Shown here: piece by piece, positions 53,536-64,000 of the stretch | Layout: each line of letters begins with the position of its first letter | How positions within the stretch are numbered: the stretch's first letter is position 1 | NCBI GenBank assembly: GCA_015680685.1 | Contig: MNCI01002112.1 | Span: 589,281 to 653,280, forward strand | Length of the DNA stretch: 64,000 nt | DNA from: Gnetum montanum | Lineage: Eukaryota; Plantae; Gnetophyta | Direction: 5' to 3' | Translations under genes and position numbers: made by a program | Notes under the pieces: model-generated | What the model was told of the DNA's origin: nothing | Databases searched by the model: none | Seen by the model: only the letters and a program-made list of their open reading frames with translations

Positions 53536-56500
53536 ATGACTTGTGAAAATGCTTCCTAATATTTGAGAGATTAGGAAACATATGCAGCATATTTTGTACA
53601 AGCATGTATACTCCATTCCCTTAACTAACAATATTGAAGGGGAGCTCCCCTCATAATGCATTTTCCAGCCCATTGTTGTTATTTTCAGGTTTTTCTACTT
53701 CCTTAGGTTAATTAACTTTAGGGTTGGGAGTTTCTTCCTTAAACCCCACTTCAGACACCTACTCTATATCCATGTTGTTAATAGTCAAGGGAACTGTGTT
53801 GTCATCATGAATGATGATTTCACCTCCCTCATAAGAAAGATGAATTTCTTGATGAATAGGTGAGGATACAGCTCATTGTTAAGCTAGCCAATGTCTTCCT
53901 AGGATGAGGTAGAACCCTAATGTTTCCTCTACAACCAGGAAATCCATGGTTATGGAGAATTACTTCCCTACCACAAAGTAGAAGGAGATGGATCCTTTAA
54001 TAGCAACTCATGATCCATTAAAGGACTTCAGAGCTAATGTTATTGTACATTGTATTTGCTTTGTTAAGTCTAAACATTCAACTATGGTGCATGGAATGAC
54101 ATTCATTGTAGCTCCATCAAATACATGCATCTGATGCATCTTGTATTGCCCCACTCAAATTGTGATGAAAAGAGGGGCCTTGGTCACTTCATGATTTTGG
54201 GGACCATTTTTAATTTCAATATTGCAAAATACTAGTGATGTTGACTTTCTCTCTCTTGGTGAAGAGGGCACCATTATGACATGGATGGATTCTTCATTAG
54301 GAAAATTGTCCTTACTAATGGGAATAGAAGTTAACATCTTGACTTATGGTTCATGATGTGTAGTAGAAGTTATGATTAAGTCATATAGACTTAAGGTTGT
54401 GTTTTTTTATTTAAGAGATGCTTAACTTGCTTCATCACACTTAGGGATTTTGTCATTGGTCATGGGTTTGTCACCCCAATTTTGCTTAACATCCTCCATG
54501 CATCCTAAAATGCATACCTCATTTTTAGGTTGTTGTTGTTGCTTCTCCTATTTTCCTTCTCTTTGGCTCTTATATTCCTCCTATGATTTGCTTATTTAAG
54601 CATCTTGGGTTATGGAGGTCATGGGTACTAATGATATGGAAGTGGCCTTTAGTGAGCCTACTTCCTTCCATGCCTTGGCCTAATTTTTATCCTTGTTGTT
54701 AGGCTTTTGCTTAGGATTCTTCCTCTACTTAGTTGGGGTCTTTTGGTTGTCATTGGTTGTTTGAGAGGAAGAGGTTGTAGCATTAGCTACCATGCAGGGT
54801 CGTTATGCAATTATAGGGGTTGATCAAGTTGTTGCTAGCTGGGGCACCCTGATGATGAATGATTCTTTGGGAGACGTTGACAATGGTATCCTTACAACAA
54901 AAGGTGGTCTTGAGCTAGTGGAAGCTGAAGAGCCCCTTTCATTACAAGGGAATACCTAAATCATGAATTGATCCTTCACAAGCCTTTGGTTGTCATCAAC
55001 ATTGAACATTGATATAATGTATGAGTTATTGTTAGTGTTCAATGCATCCTTGAACACATGCATCAATTGGTCTTGAGGTTGGATAGCATTAGAAGCATCT
55101 AGAACCAACTCATCTCTACCTATCATCTTTTGTAGATTTTCCTTTAGTTCAAGGCATAAATCAGTGTCATGACCAGGTAATTGATGATAGTGGCAAAAAC
55201 AGTCGAGCTTGAAATTCTTGGATTCCTAAGGATTATTTTTGTTGTTCGAATGGGGTATTTTGCTATCTCACATAGCCTTTCATTCTTTTTACAAGTAGTT
55301 TTAGTCATCTACTTGTATTGGATCCTTCCACTCTTCAATAGTTGATCTAAGAGTTCAAATGAATTCAATGGTAGTCTAGTATATTTAGTCTTATCTTTCT
55401 ACTTAAATTTTGGTCTATAGGTAGTTAATGTTGTGGTCCCAAATGTTAAAGTTTGATTATTCTGGTTGTTAGTAGGGGTCTTGGATTGATTGTTTCTTAG
55501 CCCTTGATTGGTCATTTTTGTTTCTCTGCCCACTATTTCCACCACCATGTTGTTCTACTTACCTCTCTCCATGTCTCTCCATGTGTGCTAGTTCTTATAT
55601 CCCACATAGGAAAGGTTGTGGCTAGCCTTCATAGCATACTCTATGTTCTTAGTCTAGGAGAATTCTTGACTAAGTGACTTTTGATCAAGCTAGTACAGCT
55701 TGGACTTGATGAAATCATTAACCGTCCCCCTAAATATAGCCAAAATTTGGGTTTTGGCTTTAGGTTCCAATATCTTGTTAAGTAGACCATTTCATCATTG
55801 GATAAACTTCTACAACAATTCAAGAGGTTCCTACTTAACCTTCATTAGCTGGTCAAGGGCAGTGTTGGGCTTCAAGTTATACTTTAAGTAATTAATGAAT
55901 TGTGTGATTAAGTCTTCAAGAAAGGATATAGATCCTCTTGATAGGGCATGGTACTAGTTAAGTTCTTTTCCTATAAAGGACATAGAAAATATTCTCATGA
56001 TTGTATGTGGCTAGGCTTGTAATAATAAGCACTCCAAATGAAAGGTTATTAGGTTAGCATTAGGATCACCTTCACTATTATACTTTGTAAACTAAGGGAT
56101 GGGGACAACAGGATGAAGTGTTAAATATGGGACCACATGACTGAAGGGATCATCTTTGGTAAAAGCCCATGATCGTAACACTTTTAGATGTAGAGGTCTT
56201 GAGCCTCTTTAAGTCCTCGGTTAGGTCCTAGATAATTTGGAAGGCTTGATTCAGGCCCTTTGGTGCCCCTGCCAGTTTTGGTATTTGCACAAAGGAATAT
56301 GGTATTTGTTGGAAGGCCTATGGCCTCACTATTGATTACAACACCAAAGGGAGAAGTTGCATCATCATAGTATTAGATGGGCCAAACAAAGAAAATGAGG
56401 TATGTGCTACTATCTTGGGCACAAACGGGATGAAAGGGATATGTGATCTATGGGTTACTTGAGCTTCCATGATGGATCCCATTTGGGTAACAATGGATTG

Positions 56501-57100
56501 ATGGTGATTACCACGACTGATAATGGTGGTACTAACCTAGGTTGGGTGGCAAATTACATGGAGAAGTTAATGTGGTGGAATGAAGCACTGATTGTGTTTG
56601 TTGCACAGCTATGACTAGTGTGGGCCTAAACATGGTTGGGTAAGAAGGGGTAGAGGATTGTGGCATCTATTCTATGAAGGAGACAAGGGAGTGGAGTAGG
56701 CACTATGCCCTTAGGGGTTGCTTGTTGATATAGTCCACCTAGGATATTTTCATGGTTGGATTCTATCCTAAACTCATCCTCCTTCTTTTGCTACTCATTT
56801 GAGCTTTCTTTCTCATTTTCTTCATCCATCTCAATTAATTGAGATAACATATATGCATGAGTTTCATTGATGGCTATCTAGTCATATGAGGAAGGGATAT
56901 ATTCCTTTCCATCACATCGTATAAGCTCAAACTCCCTCTTGGCTTCTGCCTTCATGTGAGGAATCAACATGCTAGCTTGAGTCTTAGCACAAATGAAATT
57001 ATAATGATCATCATTTATAACTATGAAATCTAGAATTTTCCCACTAAGTCTTAGAAACTATCTACATTTGATCACGATAGGGTCCTTGGTGTCATATACA
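53536..57100 (-). pseudogene. gag: Copy D gag-protease
   Basis: FTKYNSEGDPN, FCHYHQLPGHDTDLC (CHHC knuckle), FYLILGRHWL. Confidence 0.9.
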
Positions 57101-57911
57101 CTCAGAGCTTGTTGGTTAGACCTATTGTTAGTGAAGTTGAAGGGTAGAATAGTCGACTGGCTAAAAGGTCTTGTTAAAATGCTAAAAATGGCTTAATAAG
57201 GTTATAAATGAATAGGTACAAATAGAAATTCTAGAAAATGGAATCAATGGAAAGATAAAAGGGTGAAATAGCTAAAAATATGTTACAAGCTATAAATAGT
57301 AATTGGTCATCAAAGGGGTTATGTGCCTTTCTCTAAAATAGTAAAAAGGTGGGTATCAAACCCCAACCATGTTGGGTTTCCTAGCTACACCTATGCTAGG
57401 TGTAGTAGGACAAAAGAAAGAGAGGTAAGATGGGAAAAATCACATCTTTCTATCTAGCATTGGTGGGGGTTTACTTTTGGGTAAGTAGGATTTGGCTGGA
57501 AAGGAAATAGAAATTTTGATTTTCCACTAAAAATGGCTTTTGTAGGTTGCCAACATTGCCTCTATTATAAAACTTTCCACAGCAAGGGAGGATGAGGATT
57601 TGGATGATAAAACCACCAACACTAGCCTTGCTAGAAAATTTTGGCAATAACATGGAATAAAGGTTGGAACAAAAAACCAACACTGGCTTTGGAATTCATA
57701 ACAATTTTTGTGAAAATTGCAAAAATCCAAATACCTACAACTCCCATGCTAGGCTTTGGTGGTAGAGGGGGATGGATTGCAACATTGGTTTTGTCTAACA
57801 AAAAATGGTTAACAAGGTGTGCACAAAATACTTTAAAGATTTCAAAAATTTTCAATGTAAGGCATAGTGATCACACAACCTATAAGCTTGGAAATAGAAT
57901 TTGGGTAGAGA

Positions 57912-57928
57912 TCCTCCTTCTAGTGCTA
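57912..57928 (-). promoter_or_regulatory. PBS (tRNA-Asn-like), copy D
   Basis: TAGCACTAGAAGGAGGA after the LTR end ...CTACA. Confidence 0.75.
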
Positions 57929-57934
57929 TGAAAA

Positions 57935-59355
57935 TGTAGCAATTGAAAATCTTCATTGTTGGAGAAACCAAGAATTCCCATCAAAATAGCCTTGAAACTA
58001 AATCCCAAGGGCCTCTATGAAAAATAGGATCCAAGGTATCCTATACAATCCAACAGATCACCCAAGGACCTAAGGAGAAAAAAATAAGATAACAAAAATA
58101 AAAATGTAAAATGAAGATTTTATGATAAATGCACTAAGAATAAAGCAAATAAATCTGAATTGCATACAAATGGAATTCTAAAATCTTATTTGAAAAAATA
58201 AATGTAGAGTCCAAAAATGCCTACAAATTTTTTTTGAGAAGATAGTATCGAGGTTCACTTGGGTGGGGTTTTAGAATCTATTGAAACTACTACAATCTGG
58301 AGGTTCTACTACTCTCAATGCTTTTGAACCTTTACTACTCTTGCACTAGATCTTCTACATTATTGTTGTAGGGGAAATGAGAGGTGCAAGGGATTTGGAC
58401 CAAAAATTGAGTAACATTGGGAGTTTAGGTTTCCAAATGCTCATAGTTGATGCTACAATCTCATAGATCTCAAAAGGGAGGTAATAGGGGTAACAATGGC
58501 TATGGGTTTCACACTTGGGGATTCAAGAAACTCTATGTGTGCACAAAGCTCATGAATGAAAAAATGCCTAAAAATGTAGAAGTTTGGGACCCTTTTAGGG
58601 TCTTAGTGGTTGGGATTTATAGGATTTTGGCCACAAATTTATCTACAAATTCTACTTGATTGATGTTATAAATTCTACTTTATTGCTAACAAAATTCTGG
58701 CTATGTGCAAGTATGCTGCATGTTAAAATCTAGGGGGTTTACTATGTATCATAAGTGTTATACCCTCATGGCCATTCTATTTACTAAAAATAGTAAATAG
58801 GAATTTCACCATCGCTAGCTTCTTCCACCTACATTGGACCTTCCAACAGCAATGTTGGGATGTAGGATCCTTGCTAGAGTTGGTGCAATGCTAGAATCTT
58901 GGACCATGCTAGAGCAATGCTAGGGGGGAGGGTGCAACACTAGGGGGATGAAGTGGCAATGCTAGGGATAAGTGTTATAGCCCCCCATGGTAAGCATGAT
59001 TGATGTATTTCCCTCCAATGCTAAGGGTAGGTGAGTTATACAATCCAATAGGTATCTACAGTGTGGAAAATGTTATACCTCCCATAAAAGTGCTCAAAAT
59101 GCCAATTTTGGCATCCCAAAAGGCATTTCTAAACCCCAAAGCCCAAATATAGGCATTATATAACTTTTTTCACCTAGGGGATGAGGCTTTGACCACTTAT
59201 GAGGGATTTTTTAACTCCAAAAGTATAAATTATGTGAGATTAAACCTCATGGATTACAATCTTCACATTTACAATGAATTTTAGCCTTGGGTTTTAGGGG
59301 ATGTGGATTACATGACCAAGAAAAGGTTACAACATGCAATATTGGTAATGTTTCA
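57935..59355 (-). repeat. Copy D 5' LTR
   Basis: TGAAACATTACC...GCTACA on the - strand. Confidence 0.9.
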
Positions 59356-59642
59356 TTATCAAAACTTCAAAAACATGAAGCACAAAGCTCTGATTGATTG
59401 ATCAACATGTCTATGCCATATCATAGCCATGATGTCAACATTTGGAATTCATTGTTAACCCTATGATCATTTGCCTATAACAAATAATAGCCCATACCAT
59501 AAGTTTTTTCCATTATGATAAGCACTCTTTATCATGGTTCAACACTACTAAATCAAGCATGGAGAGGGAACATTGGTGATGAACTTGTAGTGGTGTTTTA
59601 TATTTCTTTATCAATATCTCTTAGGTTAATTCTCCAAACATC

Positions 59643-59658
59643 AAAAAAGAGACACCAA
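59643..59658 (+). promoter_or_regulatory. Polypurine tract (decayed), copy C
   Basis: AAAAAAGAGACACCAA before the TG at 59659. Confidence 0.6.
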
Positions 59659-61093
59659 TGAAAGACCATCATGAAAATTCATGTTGCAAATTGTAACCTC
59701 CATTTTCCAACTTGAGGAAATATTTTATTATAAATTTAAGATTTGTAGTCTATAAGTTGCAATCTTTCATACTTTAGCTTTTGGAAATGAAAAATGCCTC
59801 AAAATTTACTATTTCCTCACTTCCTAGGTGAAGAAAGGTACCTCATGCCTATATTTAAACTTGGAAAGGTTGAAAATGCCTTGGGAATTGCCAAATTTAG
59901 CATTCTCATGGCTTTTGTAGAGATATAGCCTCAACTATGCTAGAACCATCTACCCCTAACATAGATGGTATTAGATTTTCATTTTCAAATAAAACTCAAC
60001 ATAGTCACCACCAAAACCCAACATAGATGCAATGTTGGAATTATTGGGATTTTCCATTTTTCATTTTTCCAATAGTGGCTAGTGTAGTCACCCCAAGTCT
60101 TCAACACTTGTAGCATGAACAAAATAAACAACATTTTCCATAGTTTCCAACATTTTCAATAATTTCCAAAAGCTTCAACATTGTCCACCAAGGTCAACAT
60201 AGTTGTAACAGTATCAATGTAGTCATGAAAGTATGTTTACTATTTATAGTAAATGGATGGGCTTTGGTGGCTATGATGTATTCCAAATTTACTATAAATG
60301 GAAACTACATCAAAAATTGTAACCAATAGCACCTACAAATAGACATCAATCTATTAGTAATCATGAAAATGATGTGCATGCCCCAAAAATAGCAATTTCA
60401 TAGCCTATATAAACCCAAAGTAAACACCTTATTCTAGTTCCCAATTTCTTCTAAGCAGTATGACTTGAAATCATTTTGTAACCAAAAGAGCCTTTTACAA
60501 CCTTTCAACATCTTTTGTCATAGAACTAATATCTACCATGGTCACAGAGACTCCCATCATGGTACCACTTCACCAAAGGTGGAATACCATTTGTGACCAC
60601 AATTGCTAATTCCAGTGGAAACTAGCATAGAGTTGCTGGAAATTGAGGCTAGGAAGCATTTAGATTATGGAGTTTCAAGTGTAAACCATAGGCTCTAATG
60701 GACTTCAAGCTCCTTCAAGAGACTTCTTGTGAACCAAGCATAGAAAGTTGTACTTTGTAAACTTCCTATTTTATTTTTCATTTCAATAAAGATATAGTTC
60801 TTGTCACATAGATTTTCATTCATATTTTCATTTCTATGCTTGTTTTCATTCTAGATCTGCAATTCCATTTTTGTTTAAATTTTCATTATTTTTAAGTTTA
60901 CATTTTCATTTTCATTTATATTTTCATATAAATTTTCATTAATACTTTTTTAAGTCCTTGGGTGGTTGACAAGATCATCTAGGATGCCTTGAATTTCATT
61001 TTTTGAAGGCCCTTGGGATTCGAGGCTAAAACTATTCCAATGCCTAGGATATTCTGGTTTCCATTCTAGTAATCAAATTTTCCAATTCCAACA
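59659..61093 (+). repeat. Copy C 3' LTR
   Basis: Direct repeat of 15279-16683, ends CCAACA. Confidence 0.92.
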
Positions 61094-61751
61094 ACTCATA
61101 GATTGGTATAATTTTCAAGTGTAGTAGGCCTTTAATTCTAGTGTAGTTTTCATTTATGATAATTTTTGATACCCCTAACATCATCAAAACTATGTTGGAT
61201 ACCATAAATAGTACACATAGTTTTGGCATACCATGTTGGCTTTGACCAACCATATTGGCTTTGTGGAATCCACACTCGAATTGTTGAAGCAATGTTGGAA
61301 TTGTTAGAGTAATGCCAAAATTGTTGAAAAAATGAAAACCACAACTACTCCAATGTTGTCCTTGTGGAGCAATGCTAGGAGATGTGGCAACTATGCTGAC
61401 CATTGCTAGGGAAAATGAAACTCCAACTATTTTAACACTAGGTGCAAGTGGTTTCAACATAGTTGTGACTATAACCCACATAAAACCCAAGAAAATGCCA
61501 AATTTGGCAATTCCCAAAGCAATTTTGGCCTTTCCAAGAACAAATATAGACATGGCATGACTTTTTCAACTTGGGAAGTAACTCTAGCATAACTTATGAG
61601 GCATTTTATAACCACAAAAAGTTAAAGTATATGGAATTGCATCTCATGGATTACAAACCCCATATTTTTACAATAAAATTCTAGCCTCAGGTTTGATGGT
61701 GAAGGTTATAATGCCACAAAGTTACAACATGAATTTTATTGGTGTTGTTTA
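61094..61751 (-). repeat. Copy B 5' LTR, 5' half
   Basis: Homologous to 5450-6053. Continues exactly from the break at 15278. Confidence 0.85.
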
Positions 61752-63728
61752 GGTTATAATATTCCATTATGGTTTATGGATAATAGAATTTGTGCTTAGA
61801 GTACTCTGATGTGTTATTGTTTAATCATGCATTTTGGTTAAGCTTTATAATGCCTATGATGATTATTTTCTTCTAAATATAAGCATTTTGACTTCACATG
61901 CCCATATTATAATATTTTCATAATTAAAATTAGATTATCTAGATATAAAATTTTGGGGTATTATATTTTCTTTTGTTAATTATAGTTGACTAGGTATGCT
62001 ACCTTACATAAGACTACAAAGTAGAATTTACTATTACTATTAAGTTAGGACTACATGTAATAAATACATATTGTTCAGGTATTATCAATGGGGATTTGTA
62101 AGCACCTATCTATACACCTTAAAATTAGAAATTGATGAAAAGAACAATGTTTTGTTGCATTAGAGTTGAAATATTTCATGAAGTAGCATTCCAAGAATTT
62201 GGAGCTTGACACTATTGGTACTATTCCATGGGTTGTAGATTTGTACCTATAAAATAGTATGATTGGCCAAGGTACAAGATCATCCTTGTTAGTATTTTGA
62301 TAAACTTATAATTTAGAGGCACCCTGGATCATCCCATATCAACAATCATATGCATCATTATTGGGCAGCATTATAAGTCATGAGGATTTACATAATATTC
62401 ACATGAATCCTTATCACTAGAGAATGAGAAAGAATTATCTAGATCTTATTTAATGCTCTTAGAATATGAGAGCATGTCTTTACCATTTCTTTGTACTTCT
62501 TTTTGCATATATGTAATGTAATTTGTTTGGTTTTAGCTTCAACTACATTACCTTTAATATTTCTAAGGGTAGTGATCATCTTATCATCCATCGCTTCTCA
62601 CACCTAGTCTACCTTGTTGGAAAATTCTATCAAGGCCTTATTAGTTTTGGCTTAATCTCATATCACGATCTGAACTATAGTGGGAAGTTTAGCTATATCT
62701 ATAGTGGAAGGTTTAGCTATCTTTAGCCTTCCCTTTATATGCGAGATCATAATTGTACTTCTCAATAGACTATCACTTTTTCCATTCACTCTCCATGCTT
62801 GCAATGGTATCTAGAAGTACTTTGATTTGGGCTACAGACCTTTTATAATCTACATTAAATTCTCTTTTTGGCTAAATTCATGATACAGATAGTGATGAAT
62901 AGTTTTCATATACCTCTCCATGGTGATGTCTAGAGATTCATGGATCCCTTTTTTTTTCTATCTATTTGAAATATAGTCATAGGCCTGAAATTTTTTGTAG
63001 AGTACTTTGACCATGTTTGCCCATCTCTATTTAGTGGGCAATGACTTGTATTATGTTTCTACATGTTTGATAAAGATGTGGGGAGATAACTATATCTTTT
63101 TCCAATTACTTATGATCCCTTGTAAGTAGCAAGCATTGTTAAATGCCTACATGTGAAGTTTTGGATCATCACTAGTATATCCTATATCTGTTGGAATATT
63201 TTTCATTTTGATCTATTTAATCCAACTATCATGAACATGCTTTCATGAAATACAAACAACTTTAATGAGTTTATGATAATTACTTTAGTTAAAAAAATGG
63301 ACATCATCATCATTGAAACATCTAGACAAATACAAATGCTAGAACCTAAGGAGGAGATCCTTATCTTAGGCTTCAAATACATTTCTATTAGTACTACCTT
63401 ATCATGAACCTTCATGATGGAGTGGCCCTTTTTCTTTCTTGTTTACTTTTTCTTTCTGCTCTTCATCCAAATGGTCAAATTTGAAGCTACAAAAAGCCTC
63501 CTATTACATCATTTGATCTTAAAGATCTTGCTTGTATAAGCATTTATATTTATCATAGAATGGTTTATGAGCTATGTAGAATGTGTGCTTAGTCTTCAAC
63601 CCTATTTGATTAAGATATCTTTAAGATCATGCAATGCAACCATGGCTAGCTTCCTAGAAAATACTCCATGAGCATCTCATCACCTTCCTTGCTTATCTTG
63701 ATGATAAGCTAAAACAACCAATGAAAGG
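61752..63728 (-). pseudogene. gag: Highly decayed gag of an unrelated Gypsy family
   Basis: GYTSDDPKLHM*AFNNACYLQGI...PTSL...YKSLP (about 63185-63035) and knuckle-like CEYYVNPHDL*CC (about 62405-62365). Confidence 0.6.
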
Positions 63729-64000
63729 TGATGAGTGGCGAGGTACCCCTACACTCAACCATAAGAAATGAGCGTCGCACGCACGATCCGGTCGAACTCC
63801 GTAGATGGACTAGTTGTGGTATCTAGATAGTTAGCCTTAGGTCGCAGTTTGTTGTCTTTCCATCTAGACTAGTTTTGCATATGTCATGTATGGTTTAGTC
63901 TAGATGAGGTGTATGATGTGTTCCTAAATCTAATGCTACTCCTGATGGCAATGAAAAATAATATTTAACTAAATCTAAGCTAAGAGGGAAAGAGTAAGAA
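63729..64000 (-). mobile_element. 3' end of an LTR of the same family as the solo LTR 38112-39031; runs off the right edge
   Basis: TGATGAGTGGCGAGGTACCCCTACACTCAACC matches the reverse complement of about 38770-39031 and retains CpGs. Confidence 0.88.

Larger units (their letters stand above)
36720..59355 (-). mobile_element. Copy D: full-length Tat-lineage element (about 21.7 kb without the solo LTR)
   Basis: Paired LTRs 57935-59355 and 36720-39075, TG...CA ends, PBS, PPT. The flanks rejoin copy C's 3' UTR with a decayed TSD (TGACC/TTATC). Confidence 0.92.
15279..61093 (+). mobile_element. Copy C: full-length Tat-lineage element (about 20 kb without nested inserts)
   Basis: Paired LTRs 15279-16683 and 59659-61093 (TGTAACACC... 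/ ...CCAACA), PBS, PPT. The flanks rejoin into copy B's LTR with a 5-bp duplicated but decayed site (TTTGA/ACTCA). Confidence 0.9.

Noticed and set aside
59313-59317. TGACC after ...TTACA matches 36715-36719 perfectly, suggesting copy D ends at 59312
   Set aside because: LTR-LTR homology continues to 59355, the PPT abuts the equivalent position (39075), and the host resumes only after 59355. The match is coincidental.
61044-61553. 169-aa hydrophobic ORF
   Set aside because: Lies in LTR sequence, crosses the C/B junction and is not open in the homologous LTR of copy A.
62675-62722. 24-bp tandem duplication in the decayed gag
   Set aside because: Ordinary local slippage with no evident significance.
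61752-64000. Edge LTR as the 5' LTR of the adjacent gag
   Set aside because: No PBS follows the LTR end, and CpG content shows the LTR is younger than the gag, so a nested insertion is more likely.

Overview
Eukaryotic, AT-rich, strongly CpG/CHG-depleted DNA, most likely heterochromatin of a large-genome land plant (gymnosperm-like is an inference). No intact cellular gene is present. The window is a nested stack of LTR retroelements. Four decayed copies of one Ty3/Gypsy Tat-lineage family (tRNA-Asn PBS; RT-RH-aRH-INT) make up most of it: A (-, <1-6053, internally deleted) is inserted in B; B (-, 6054-15278 + 61094-61751) is split in its 5' LTR by C; C (+, 15279-61093) is split in its 3' UTR by D (-, 36720-59355). 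Younger insertions are a 920-bp solo LTR in D, a relative of it at the right edge, and a 2.9-kb CpG-rich TG...CA element in C that carries a subtilase fragment. An unrelated Gypsy gag remnant lies at the right end. The main novelty candidate is the family architecture. gag-protease and RT-RH-aRH-INT are separated by a 9-10 kb spacer that ends in a splice-acceptor-like site. The spacer contains an antisense gene of about 8 exons, with introns at matching positions in three copies, plus an array of palindromic motifs. All alignments were made by eye, so coordinates are approximate unless a terminal motif is quoted.
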